A stretch of DNA of 64,000 bases from Candidatus Latescibacterota bacterium (GTDB taxonomy: Bacteria; Krumholzibacteriota; Krumholzibacteriia; WVZY01), in the NCBI GenBank assembly GCA_963791045.1, contig CAWBQK010000017.1:128001-192000 (forward strand). Reading direction: 5' to 3'. Below are positions 31,847 to 39,828 of the stretch, one piece after another. The position numbers and the translations under genes were made by a program. The notes beneath the pieces are model-generated. The model was not told where the DNA came from, made no database searches, and saw only the letters and a list, made by a program, of their open reading frames with translations. Each line of letters starts with the position of its first letter. The first letter of the stretch is position 1.

Positions 31847-32755
31847 ATGTCCAGGACTGTGCGATTCGTCGTCTCCGCCGCTTGTGTGTTTGTTGCGATT
31901 GGCGGATGCGTCAAACCCAACGGAAAGAATTCGAATGTGCGTGAAATTGTCGAAAGAGAGCGAGCGTTCGCCTCGACGGCGGTTGAACGCGGCATACGGT
32001 CGGCATTCCTCGAATACCTCGCTGAAGACGGGGTGATCTTCAGACCGGACCCGGTAAACGGCCGTGAGTGGTATCTAACGCAGGATGATTCGGACGCCTA
32101 CCTCGGATGGGAACCGGTCTATGCGGATATGTCGCGGGCGGGCGACTTTGGTTACACGACGGGACCTTGGGAATTCAGCGAGAACGGGGAGGTTGAATCG
32201 GCGAATGTTTTTGGACAGTACGTATCTGTCTGGCAAAGAGACGGGTTGGGGAACTTGAAGGTCGTCATTGATATGGGGACGGTCAACCCCAGTCCGAAAA
32301 CGGCGGATGCGCCGCTGGTGACGTCGTCGAACCGATTGGAGGACACGTGGGTCGGCGAAGGCGATGATTCCGAGGGCGGTCGAAAAAGACTTGAGCGCTC
32401 GGAATTCGAGTTCACAAAGCTGAGACGCGATTCGGGACCCGTTTCCGCGTACGGGAGATACGGCGACGGAGATATTCGACTTCTCAGGATGGACGAGTTC
32501 CCGCTGATCGGGGTGGAAGCGGTTCGGAGGCATTTTGCGGGCGCCGACAGGGAAGAGGGGGGTACGGAAATGTCGATGCTGCTGGGGAGCGATGTCGCGA
32601 TATCGGGAGATATGGGTTACACCTTTGGCGCGACGGCGATGGTGGGCGGATCGAGTTTCTTTCGAATCTGGCGACGAACAAAAGAAGGTGGCTGGTATAT
32701 TGTCCTTGATATGTCGATTCCCCGTGCGGATGAGAGTGATGCCCAAAATGAGTAA
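31847..32755 (+). CDS. Lipoprotein with tandem NTF2-like (DUF4440-type) domains
   Basis: Lipobox IGGC; duplicated GD(F/M)GYT.G and ..(S/R)(V/I)W.R motifs. Confidence 0.7.
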   Translation: MSRTVRFVVSAACVFVAIGGCVKPNGKNSNVREIVERERAFASTAVERGIRSAFLEYLAEDGVIFRPDPVNGREWYLTQDDSDAYLGWEPVYADMSRAGDFGYTTGPWEFSENGEVESANVFGQYVSVWQRDGLGNLKVVIDMGTVNPSPKTADAPLVTSSNRLEDTWVGEGDDSEGGRKRLERSEFEFTKLRRDSGPVSAYGRYGDGDIRLLRMDEFPLIGVEAVRRHFAGADREEGGTEMSMLLGSDVAISGDMGYTFGATAMVGGSSFFRIWRRTKEGGWYIVLDMSIPRADESDAQNE

Positions 32756-32798
32756 TGCGATTGCGGGCGTGTGGCGCAGTAGAATGCGGCGCCATTAG

Positions 32799-34313
32799 TT
32801 ACTTCAACAAAACGATCCGGCGGGTTTCGAACCGGTTGTTTGATTCCAGGGTGCAGAAGTAGACGCCCGAACCGCTTCGCGTCCCTTTCCTGTCCGTGCC
32901 GTCCCAGGTCACGGCAAACACGCCTGCTTCATGCGACCGGTCATCGACAAGTCTTCGCACAAGCACCCCGCCAACATCATAAATTGAAACACTCACCGGA
33001 GAAGGGCTTCCAACCCGATAGCGAATGGTTGTGACCGGGTTGAACGGGTTGGGGAAGACGGTCGTGAGTTCAGTGCTGAAACGGGGAATCGATATCTGGA
33101 CCCATTGTGACCGGACTTTTGACCCATCGATCAGACTTGTGGTGAGTGCGTAACGATATGTTTTGCCGGGTTCGGCCGTCGTGTCGCGGGCGGACTCGGA
33201 GTCGGCGGCATAATAGAATATGTCGTGGTCGTTTGTTCCGCTCTCAATTCTGTCGATGGTGAATCCTTCAACGGATGCAGTGGATGTTACTCGCCACTCG
33301 AGATTGACCTCTTTGCCGTAGTTGGCGGCGGCAAAATATTCCACAAAAACAGGGACGGAAGCGTCGAGTCGAAGGATGGTGCCGGCGTCTCCAACGGAGA
33401 AAACGTTACCCATATCGTCGCCGAAGACGCCCTTGAGTGTGCGGGTGGTTGGCGTGGCCATAGTCGTCCAGGATTCGCCATCCCAACGGAGAATTGTCCC
33501 GCCCGAACCCACGGCGAAAGCATCATCCGGGCCCCGTCCCCAAATTCGGAGGAGGTCCTCATCCGTTCCGGAGTCCTGAGCTTCCCAGGCGCTGCCGTCG
33601 AAGTGGACGATGACACCTTCACCGCCAACGATAAACGCGTCGTCGCCCGATGTGCCCCACACGCCCCAGAGCGTGGGGCGGACGCCGCTGGTCATGGGTG
33701 CCCATGCGGCGCCGTCATAGTGGAGAATGGTGGCGAGATGACCCGCGACAAAAATGTCATTGTTTGCGGGGCCCCAAATGTCGTACAGACGATTTGGGCT
33801 GTTGCTTTCCACGTTGTCCCAGCGAATTCCGTCGAAATGAATGATTGTTCCCCGAGTGCCGGTGATGAATACATCGTCGGGAGCTGTTCCCCAGGCGCCT
33901 CTCAGGAATTCCGTGGTTGGAGTGTTGACCGGCGCCCAGAAACTGCCGTTGAAACGGACGACCAATCCTCCTCCGCCAACCGCGTATACGTTGCCCGGTG
34001 AGGTGCCCCAGACCCCCTGGAAATCCTCTGTGGTGCCGCTCATCATCGGAGACCACTGTGCGCCGTCAAAGCGAAGGATTGTGCCTTGCGCGCCGACGAC
34101 GAAAAAGATGCCGCCTTGTCCCCAGACACCGGAAAGTATCTCGCCGGTTCCTCCGTCAATCTCCATCCATACGGCGTCTTCGGTAAGCAAAACGGGAAAG
34201 CGATCGAGCGAATCACGCGCCGAATAGGCGGGACTTTGAACGACCAATGCGGCAAGAAAGAGACACCCGAGAACGAGCCAGCGCGCGAAAAAGAGGATTG
34301 GACGAGGTTGCAT
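32799..34313 (-). CDS. Secreted beta-propeller repeat protein with C-terminal FlgD-Ig-type domain
   Basis: About 7 repeats of L.GVWG....DVF.VG..GTIL.FDG..W; ends FPNPFNP...YDVGG.LVRRL...WDG...SGVYF...RIVLLK. Confidence 0.82.
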   Translation of the reverse strand: MQPRPILFFARWLVLGCLFLAALVVQSPAYSARDSLDRFPVLLTEDAVWMEIDGGTGEILSGVWGQGGIFFVVGAQGTILRFDGAQWSPMMSGTTEDFQGVWGTSPGNVYAVGGGGLVVRFNGSFWAPVNTPTTEFLRGAWGTAPDDVFITGTRGTIIHFDGIRWDNVESNSPNRLYDIWGPANNDIFVAGHLATILHYDGAAWAPMTSGVRPTLWGVWGTSGDDAFIVGGEGVIVHFDGSAWEAQDSGTDEDLLRIWGRGPDDAFAVGSGGTILRWDGESWTTMATPTTRTLKGVFGDDMGNVFSVGDAGTILRLDASVPVFVEYFAAANYGKEVNLEWRVTSTASVEGFTIDRIESGTNDHDIFYYAADSESARDTTAEPGKTYRYALTTSLIDGSKVRSQWVQISIPRFSTELTTVFPNPFNPVTTIRYRVGSPSPVSVSIYDVGGVLVRRLVDDRSHEAGVFAVTWDGTDRKGTRSGSGVYFCTLESNNRFETRRIVLLK

Positions 34314-34453
34314 GATGCCGGTCTCCTTATCATATAATTCTAACACATAAAAGTGTCACATCGGAACCGAAGCAGCATTCGCGGGGAAGTCAGACGCGGG
34401 CAGGGCAGGTGCGGGTTGGCCGATAAACGACCGTCTGTTATGATTTCACTATT

Positions 34454-34873
34454 ATGGGAGTCAAAACATTCAACATCACGGTCGAGACGGAGGGGTTCTG
34501 CCATCTCGAAGATATAACACGGGACGTGCAGGACTGCGTCAAACGGTCGGGGTTGACGGCGGGAATTGCGTGCGTCGCGGTCGTCGGTTCGACGGCGGGG
34601 ATTAGTACCATTGAGTATGAACCGGGTCTTCTCGCGGACATTCCCGAATTTCTGGAGAAGCTTCTGCCGTCAGACCGGTCGTATCATCACGACGAGACAT
34701 GGCACGATGGGAATGGATTTTCGCATATGCGGTCCTTTCTGCTCAAGACATCGCACACGGTTCCATTCTCGGAGTCGCGCCTCATGCTCGGCACGTGGCA
34801 GCAGATCGTTGTCGCTGATTTCGACAACGGCCCGCGAAGCCGCAAAATTGTCGTACAGCTTGTTGGGGAGTAG
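34454..34873 (+). CDS. YjbQ / UPF0047 family protein
   Basis: GSTAG, YHH, NGFSH and LGTWQQI...DFD motifs. Confidence 0.88.
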   Translation: MGVKTFNITVETEGFCHLEDITRDVQDCVKRSGLTAGIACVAVVGSTAGISTIEYEPGLLADIPEFLEKLLPSDRSYHHDETWHDGNGFSHMRSFLLKTSHTVPFSESRLMLGTWQQIVVADFDNGPRSRKIVVQLVGE

Positions 34874-34898
34874 CCCGGCTGTGGGCGCGACAGCCTCG

Positions 34899-36680
34899 TC
34901 ATTGGGCCTCGCGTGTCGCCTCGATCCGTGCGTCTCCGTGTTCGATCACAAGCCTGTCGCCGGCTGCAAAATTGGCGGCGACCACGGCGCCGGTCGTCAG
35001 GCTGTACGAGACGAAGCGGTTTGGTGACTGTCCGAGAAGTTCTCTGGAAGGCGGCTCGGCGTTTGGGCGAATTCCTCCACACTTGCCGCCCATCCATAAG
35101 AATCGGCACTCGAAGGACTTGCCTGAAAAGTGGATACGGCAGTGGGTTTGTGCGCCTTCGGCCGCAAGCGTGCCCACAATTTCGACGCGTTCGAAAGGGC
35201 CGAAGCCTTTGAGCGAGCCCCACCATTCTTTCACCATCGCTTCCCATTCCCTCTTTGTCGCCATTCCCGTGTCGAAATGCCCCAGTGCCTTGTCAAAGTC
35301 CGAGGCGGAGAGTGCTGTGACGAGTTCGCGTGTCAACTGGTTGTATTTCGACAATTGTGCCTCGAACCGAGAGGGGAAGAGGGCCGCCATGGCCGTTTGC
35401 CCTTCGGGGTCGATGAGAAGAACGCCGGTCGGCGCTGTAACGCGAAAAATGTCCCCGTTGGGAAGTGAATATGCGCCTGCGTGGGATGCGATGTCAAAAC
35501 CCGATACCGAGTCTTTGTCGATGGAAGGGGGAAGTGGTGTGCCGCTTCCTATGAGGATGCCGGCGAGCCGTTCCGCTATAATATCGGTCGGATGAATTCC
35601 CTCGATGGGTTTGTTGGAAAAGACAACGATGAAAAGATCGTCGTCGACAAAATGATAAACGGCGCACCCCCACCCCTGGGGCATAGATCCGCCGTTGTGC
35701 CAAATGAGAGTCTTCCCGTCTTTGTACTCATCGATCACCCATCCATATCCATAGTAGCTGCCGCCGTCCTCATACTCGAGAACGTACGGTGTGAACATCT
35801 GGTCTCTTGCGTCCTTGGGCAGAACGTCACCGGTTCGGATTCCGCGGTACCACTTGTACATGTCCGTCGTGGTTGACAATATTCCGCCGTTGCCCTTGAG
35901 AAACCAATATTCGGTGGGGCGTTCGAGGGGCGACGCGTAAGCGGTGTCGAGATTGTGTGAGCGCGACACCTGCGCGGGCTCAATATCGAGAAGCTTGAGA
36001 CCTGTCGCGTTCATGTCCAGTGGCAAAAAAAATGTATCGCGAAGGTATTTCTCGTATTCGACGCCGGTGACGATTTCGACGATGGCGGCGAGGAGCGAGT
36101 ACCCGCCGTTTGAATACTGGTATTTGTCCCCGGGTGGGAGTTCGAGCGGTGTGTCCAATATCAGGCGGATGAGTTGTGGTCGGGTTATTGGATCTTCATC
36201 GCTTCCGTATGCCGGCCTTAGGCCTGCCGTGTGGGTGAGGAGTTGATGTATCGTTATTTGCTTTTTGTCTTCGGGAACATCGTCAAAGAAATTGGTTATT
36301 GGATCGTTCACGTTGAGATTGTTATTTGCCTGGAGATAAAGTATCGCGGTGGCTGTGAACTGCTTGGTAACTGATCCAGTGCTGAAGAGCGTGCCGGGCT
36401 TGTTGGGCACGCCTTTGGAAACGTCGGCAAGACCGTATGCGCGGTTGAGGAAGATTTCGTTTCCCTGCGCGACAAGGACGGCACCGTGAAATCCGAACGG
36501 TTCGAGACGATTCATGTACGACTCTATCGTGGCGACCTTGTCGACATCGATCATTGTCACGGCCGGTTGATCGCTCTGTGTGGTCGCAAGCGTGCTACCG
36601 ACCCAAAAGAGCAGCGCGGCGGCGGCCATAATAATAGGGAAGGCGGTGGAATCGAATCGGTTGATTTGCAGTTTTCTCAC
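34899..36680 (-). CDS. Serine hydrolase (class C beta-lactamase-like), secreted
   Basis: GSVTK (SxxK), LLTHTAG, YQYSN and WHNGG motifs; signal peptide. Confidence 0.88.
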   Translation of the reverse strand: MRKLQINRFDSTAFPIIMAAAALLFWVGSTLATTQSDQPAVTMIDVDKVATIESYMNRLEPFGFHGAVLVAQGNEIFLNRAYGLADVSKGVPNKPGTLFSTGSVTKQFTATAILYLQANNNLNVNDPITNFFDDVPEDKKQITIHQLLTHTAGLRPAYGSDEDPITRPQLIRLILDTPLELPPGDKYQYSNGGYSLLAAIVEIVTGVEYEKYLRDTFFLPLDMNATGLKLLDIEPAQVSRSHNLDTAYASPLERPTEYWFLKGNGGILSTTTDMYKWYRGIRTGDVLPKDARDQMFTPYVLEYEDGGSYYGYGWVIDEYKDGKTLIWHNGGSMPQGWGCAVYHFVDDDLFIVVFSNKPIEGIHPTDIIAERLAGILIGSGTPLPPSIDKDSVSGFDIASHAGAYSLPNGDIFRVTAPTGVLLIDPEGQTAMAALFPSRFEAQLSKYNQLTRELVTALSASDFDKALGHFDTGMATKREWEAMVKEWWGSLKGFGPFERVEIVGTLAAEGAQTHCRIHFSGKSFECRFLWMGGKCGGIRPNAEPPSRELLGQSPNRFVSYSLTTGAVVAANFAAGDRLVIEHGDARIEATREAQ

Positions 36681-37012
36681 GATAACCTTTCGTCCGAGCA
36701 GAAAAATAAAAAGCGGCCGACCGGATTCGAACCGGCGAAGATCGACTGTTCCGAGAGGGAAGAGGTTTGGTTTTCAATTGTACGACCCATCGACAAACGC
36801 GTTCCATGGTGTAAAAACCGGCAAAAAGATGATATGTGTGTAAGACGAGTCTTACATTTTTAAGAAAAATTTGCAAACCACCCCGTGAAACTCCCTGGAT
36901 TTTCAAGAAACCGTGAGATATAAGAAGAAATCCACGGAAACCTGAAAACAAGAAGGTTTTGAAGCAAAAACTCAAAACATGCATTAATACGCATCAAACC
37001 CCAACTCTTTAA

Positions 37013-37042
37013 TTGACTAAGGGTTCGAAATCGTGATATAAT
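37013..37042 (+). promoter_or_regulatory. Sigma70-type promoter with extended -10
   Basis: TTGACT-18 bp-TATAAT, with TG one base before the -10 hexamer. Confidence 0.75.
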
Positions 37043-37046
37043 TGCT

Positions 37047-37168
37047 TTCGCAACACTGGAGCATGGCTGTCATTCCACACACATCGCACGGGATGAAAAC
37101 CTGCTTCTCCGGATTTCTAGCTGCATTGCCTGAACAGCGTACGTTGAGTAACAAGGAGGAGTAACGAT
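37047..37168 (+). promoter_or_regulatory. Conserved structured 5' leader, copy 1
   Basis: Aligns with 37924..38043; CTGGAG/CTCCGG and TCATTCC/GGGATGA pairings. Confidence 0.5.
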
Positions 37169-37720
37169 ATGAAGAAAATGGCATTGCTTACGATCGCGAT
37201 GCTTTGTGTAGCGAGCCTTGTGTTCGCGCAGGGTGGAAGTATCGGCGCCTTTGGCGACATGGGTGGAACAGACTGTTACATCACTGACGCAGCGCCCGGT
37301 CTTCTCTCGATCTACATTGTCCATGTGAACGTTCCCGGCGCAACGGCTTGTCAGTTCGCCGCCCCGACACCGGCGTGTATGACTGCTGCGACCTATCTGT
37401 CCGACAGTTCACCGTTCGCGGTCGTTATCGGTAGCTCGCAGACCGGCGTAGCCATTGGTTACGGCGGATGTTTCACAGGTCCGATCCACGTTTTGACGAT
37501 TCAGTACTTCGCCTCCGGAATGACAGCACCGTGCTGTTACTTCGATGTCGTTCCTGATCCGTATCTCCCGTCAGGACAGATCGAAGTCGTTGACTGTGTC
37601 GAGAATCTGATTTACGCCACAGGTCAGAGTGGCCTCGTGAATGCCGACGGCTCATGCGAGTGCGGCGTTCCCACGCAGGACACCACCTGGGGCCAGATGA
37701 AAGCTCTCTATAGCGAATAA
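37169..37720 (+). CDS. Secreted Cys-rich protein with C-terminal TWG motif (paralog 1)
   Basis: AAGGAGG RBS, signal peptide cleaved after VFA, 183 aa, ends PTQDTTWGQMKALYSE. Confidence 0.88.
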   Translation: MKKMALLTIAMLCVASLVFAQGGSIGAFGDMGGTDCYITDAAPGLLSIYIVHVNVPGATACQFAAPTPACMTAATYLSDSSPFAVVIGSSQTGVAIGYGGCFTGPIHVLTIQYFASGMTAPCCYFDVVPDPYLPSGQIEVVDCVENLIYATGQSGLVNADGSCECGVPTQDTTWGQMKALYSE

Positions 37721-37751
37721 TCTCTCTGTTGGCTGAGTGAAAATTTGCGCT

Positions 37752-37786
37752 AAAGGCGCCCGGTCTTGTGACCGGGCGCCTTTTTA
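37752..37786 (+). terminator. Intrinsic terminator
   Basis: AAAGGCGCCCGGTC/GACCGGGCGCCTTT stem followed by Ts. Confidence 0.85.
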
Positions 37787-37889
37787 TTGAGGAGGGATGT
37801 AGGCAACTGCTTTCTTCGCAGAAGACTACCATCATAATGGCAAGGTCCGGAATTGCCAGCAATCATGCGGGATATCTCGAACTCGACAA

Positions 37890-37919
37890 TTGACAGGTGG
37901 TTAAATCTTATGTTATAAT
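37890..37919 (+). promoter_or_regulatory. Consensus sigma70 promoter with extended -10
   Basis: TTGACA-18 bp-TATAAT with TGn. Confidence 0.8.
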
Positions 37920-37923
37920 GAAG

Positions 37924-38043
37924 TTCGCAACACTGGAGCTTGGCTTCAATCCGTATACATCGCACGGGATGAATGATCGCTTCTCCAGATTGCCAACTGC
38001 AGATCCTGAACAGCGTACGATGTTAATAAGGAGGAGTAACAAT
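37924..38043 (+). promoter_or_regulatory. Conserved structured 5' leader, copy 2
   Basis: CTGGAG/CTCCAG and TTCAATCCGT/ACGGGATGAA pairings. Confidence 0.5.
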
Positions 38044-38595
38044 ATGAAGAAAGCAGCATTGCTGACAATCGCGATGCTCTGTGTGGCTAGCCTTGCGTTC
38101 GCGCAGGGCGGCAGCATTGGTGTCTTCGGCGACATGGGCGGCACGGACTGTAACGTGTATGACGCGGGCCCTGGTCTTCTGTCGGTTTATGTCGTTCATG
38201 TGAACACAGCGGGCGCAACTGCCAGTCAGTTCTACGCGCCGACACCGGCGTGTATGGTCGGAGCAACCTACCTGTCCGATTCGTCACCGTTCGCGGTCGT
38301 TATCGGTAGCTCGCAGACCGGTGTCGCGATCGGTTACGGCGGATGCTTTACCGCGCCGATCCACCTTCTGACGATTCAGTACTTCGGTTCCGGGCTTACG
38401 AGTCCGTGCTGTTACTTTGGCGTCTATCCGGATCCGGCAGTACCGTCCGGACAGATCGAAGTTGTCGACTGCGTGGAGAATCTGATCTTCGCGACCGGCG
38501 GCGTTGGTATCGTGAATCCCGACGGAACATGCCTGTGCGACGTCCCCACTCAGGACACCACATGGGGCAAGGTTAAGACGCTCTTCAGCGAATAA
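38044..38595 (+). CDS. Secreted Cys-rich protein with C-terminal TWG motif (paralog 2)
   Basis: 183 aa, about 80% identical to paralog 1 by manual count; ends PTQDTTWGKVKTLFSE. Confidence 0.88.
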   Translation: MKKAALLTIAMLCVASLAFAQGGSIGVFGDMGGTDCNVYDAGPGLLSVYVVHVNTAGATASQFYAPTPACMVGATYLSDSSPFAVVIGSSQTGVAIGYGGCFTAPIHLLTIQYFGSGLTSPCCYFGVYPDPAVPSGQIEVVDCVENLIFATGGVGIVNPDGTCLCDVPTQDTTWGKVKTLFSE

Positions 38596-38626
38596 TTATT
38601 CGTTGACCGAGTTATTCAGTTGGAAG

Positions 38627-38661
38627 AAAAACACCCGATCTTTGGATCGGGTGTTTTTTTT
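38627..38661 (+). terminator. Intrinsic terminator
   Basis: AAAAACACCCGATC/GATCGGGTGTTTTT stem and T-run. Confidence 0.85.
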
Positions 38662-38819
38662 GCTGTCGAAGAATCAAAAAACCAATTTGCGTTCCGGGAC
38701 AAATAGCTATAGGTTGATATCGATCGGTAACGGGATGCCGCCTGACCGGGATTCGGAAAGAGATCGATCCGGCCGACGCGTCATCCTGGGGAATTGTGAA
38801 CGCACAAGGAGATCGCGGA

Positions 38820-39014
38820 ATGACAATGAATAATATGATCCGTGCGATAGCCGGGACGTTGATCCTGGTTTCGCTCGGGCTTGCGAAATTCCACAGCCCG
38901 AATTGGCTTTACTTTACCGCCTTTATCGGCCTGAACCTCTTCCAATCCGCTTTTACGAAGTGGTGTCTCATGGAGGACATATTGGCCAAGTTTGGTGTTC
39001 CGAAGCAAAATTGA
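38820..39014 (+). CDS. DUF2892 (YgaP-like) small membrane protein
   Basis: IRAIAG...FIGLNLFQSAFTKWCLME; AGGAG RBS. Confidence 0.85.
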   Translation: MTMNNMIRAIAGTLILVSLGLAKFHSPNWLYFTAFIGLNLFQSAFTKWCLMEDILAKFGVPKQN

Positions 39015-39097
39015 CAACGGCAAACAGTGGGCGGAAAATTGAACCCGGGGACGCTGCGCGTCCGCCGGGTTTTTTGTGTCGTGGGCGAGCGAGTTCG

Positions 39098-39733
39098 TTA
39101 TTCGGTTGACGCGAAGTAGGGATTTCTTCCGCCCGCGTGATCCGTGGTGTCGAGGATCTCGCCGACTTCGGGGATGTGCTGGCGAATCAACTTCTCGACG
39201 CCGTACTTAAGAGTGACGTGCGACATCCCGCATCCCTGACAACCGCCGCCAAATTCGAGGTAGATGTTGTTTTCTTTCACATCGAGAAGATTGATCTGAC
39301 CACCGTGTGAGGCGACTGCCGGTGTGATCGCGGCGTCGATGAGTTCCTGGACCTTTTGCTTAAGTTCATCGGACGAGGGAAGTGTATTTTTGTGCTCGGG
39401 GGCGACGGCGGGTTCATCGGAATCGAGTTGATGACGAATCGCCGATGCAATCTTTCCGCCAAGGTCCTGCCAGTCGGCGGGCTGCTCGGTACTCACCGTT
39501 ACGGCATCGCCCGCTACAAGAACCTCGGTCACCTCTTCGATGTCGATTAGTTTTGCCGCCATCGGCGATAACCTGGCGGCGGGTTCTCCGGACACATGGA
39601 TGGCGCCGCCGGGGTAGACCGCGGGTTCAACCACGAACCGACAGATATTTTGATGTGTATAAGAGGGTTCAACGCTTACGCGGATTCGTGAACCGTCCTT
39701 GGCTTTCCAACTGTAACTGGTTTCCTCGTACAT
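39098..39733 (-). CDS. NifU/NfuA-type Fe-S carrier
   Basis: Nfu N-terminal domain plus PAVASHGG...GGCQGC...TDH. Confidence 0.88.
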   Translation of the reverse strand: MYEETSYSWKAKDGSRIRVSVEPSYTHQNICRFVVEPAVYPGGAIHVSGEPAARLSPMAAKLIDIEEVTEVLVAGDAVTVSTEQPADWQDLGGKIASAIRHQLDSDEPAVAPEHKNTLPSSDELKQKVQELIDAAITPAVASHGGQINLLDVKENNIYLEFGGGCQGCGMSHVTLKYGVEKLIRQHIPEVGEILDTTDHAGGRNPYFASTE

Positions 39734-39828
39734 TGATTTGCTCCTTGATCGCGTATGGTTCTCGCGTGGATGGCGCCCAGGTGCCTCATTCCTCAAAATA
39801 GGGAATGGGAGACCGGTTATCAAGCAGT

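Noticed and set aside
36700-36790. Complete tRNA gene
   Set aside because: Only the T-arm and 3' acceptor-like strand are present, with no D-arm or anticodon arm. It is kept as a fragment in the findings.
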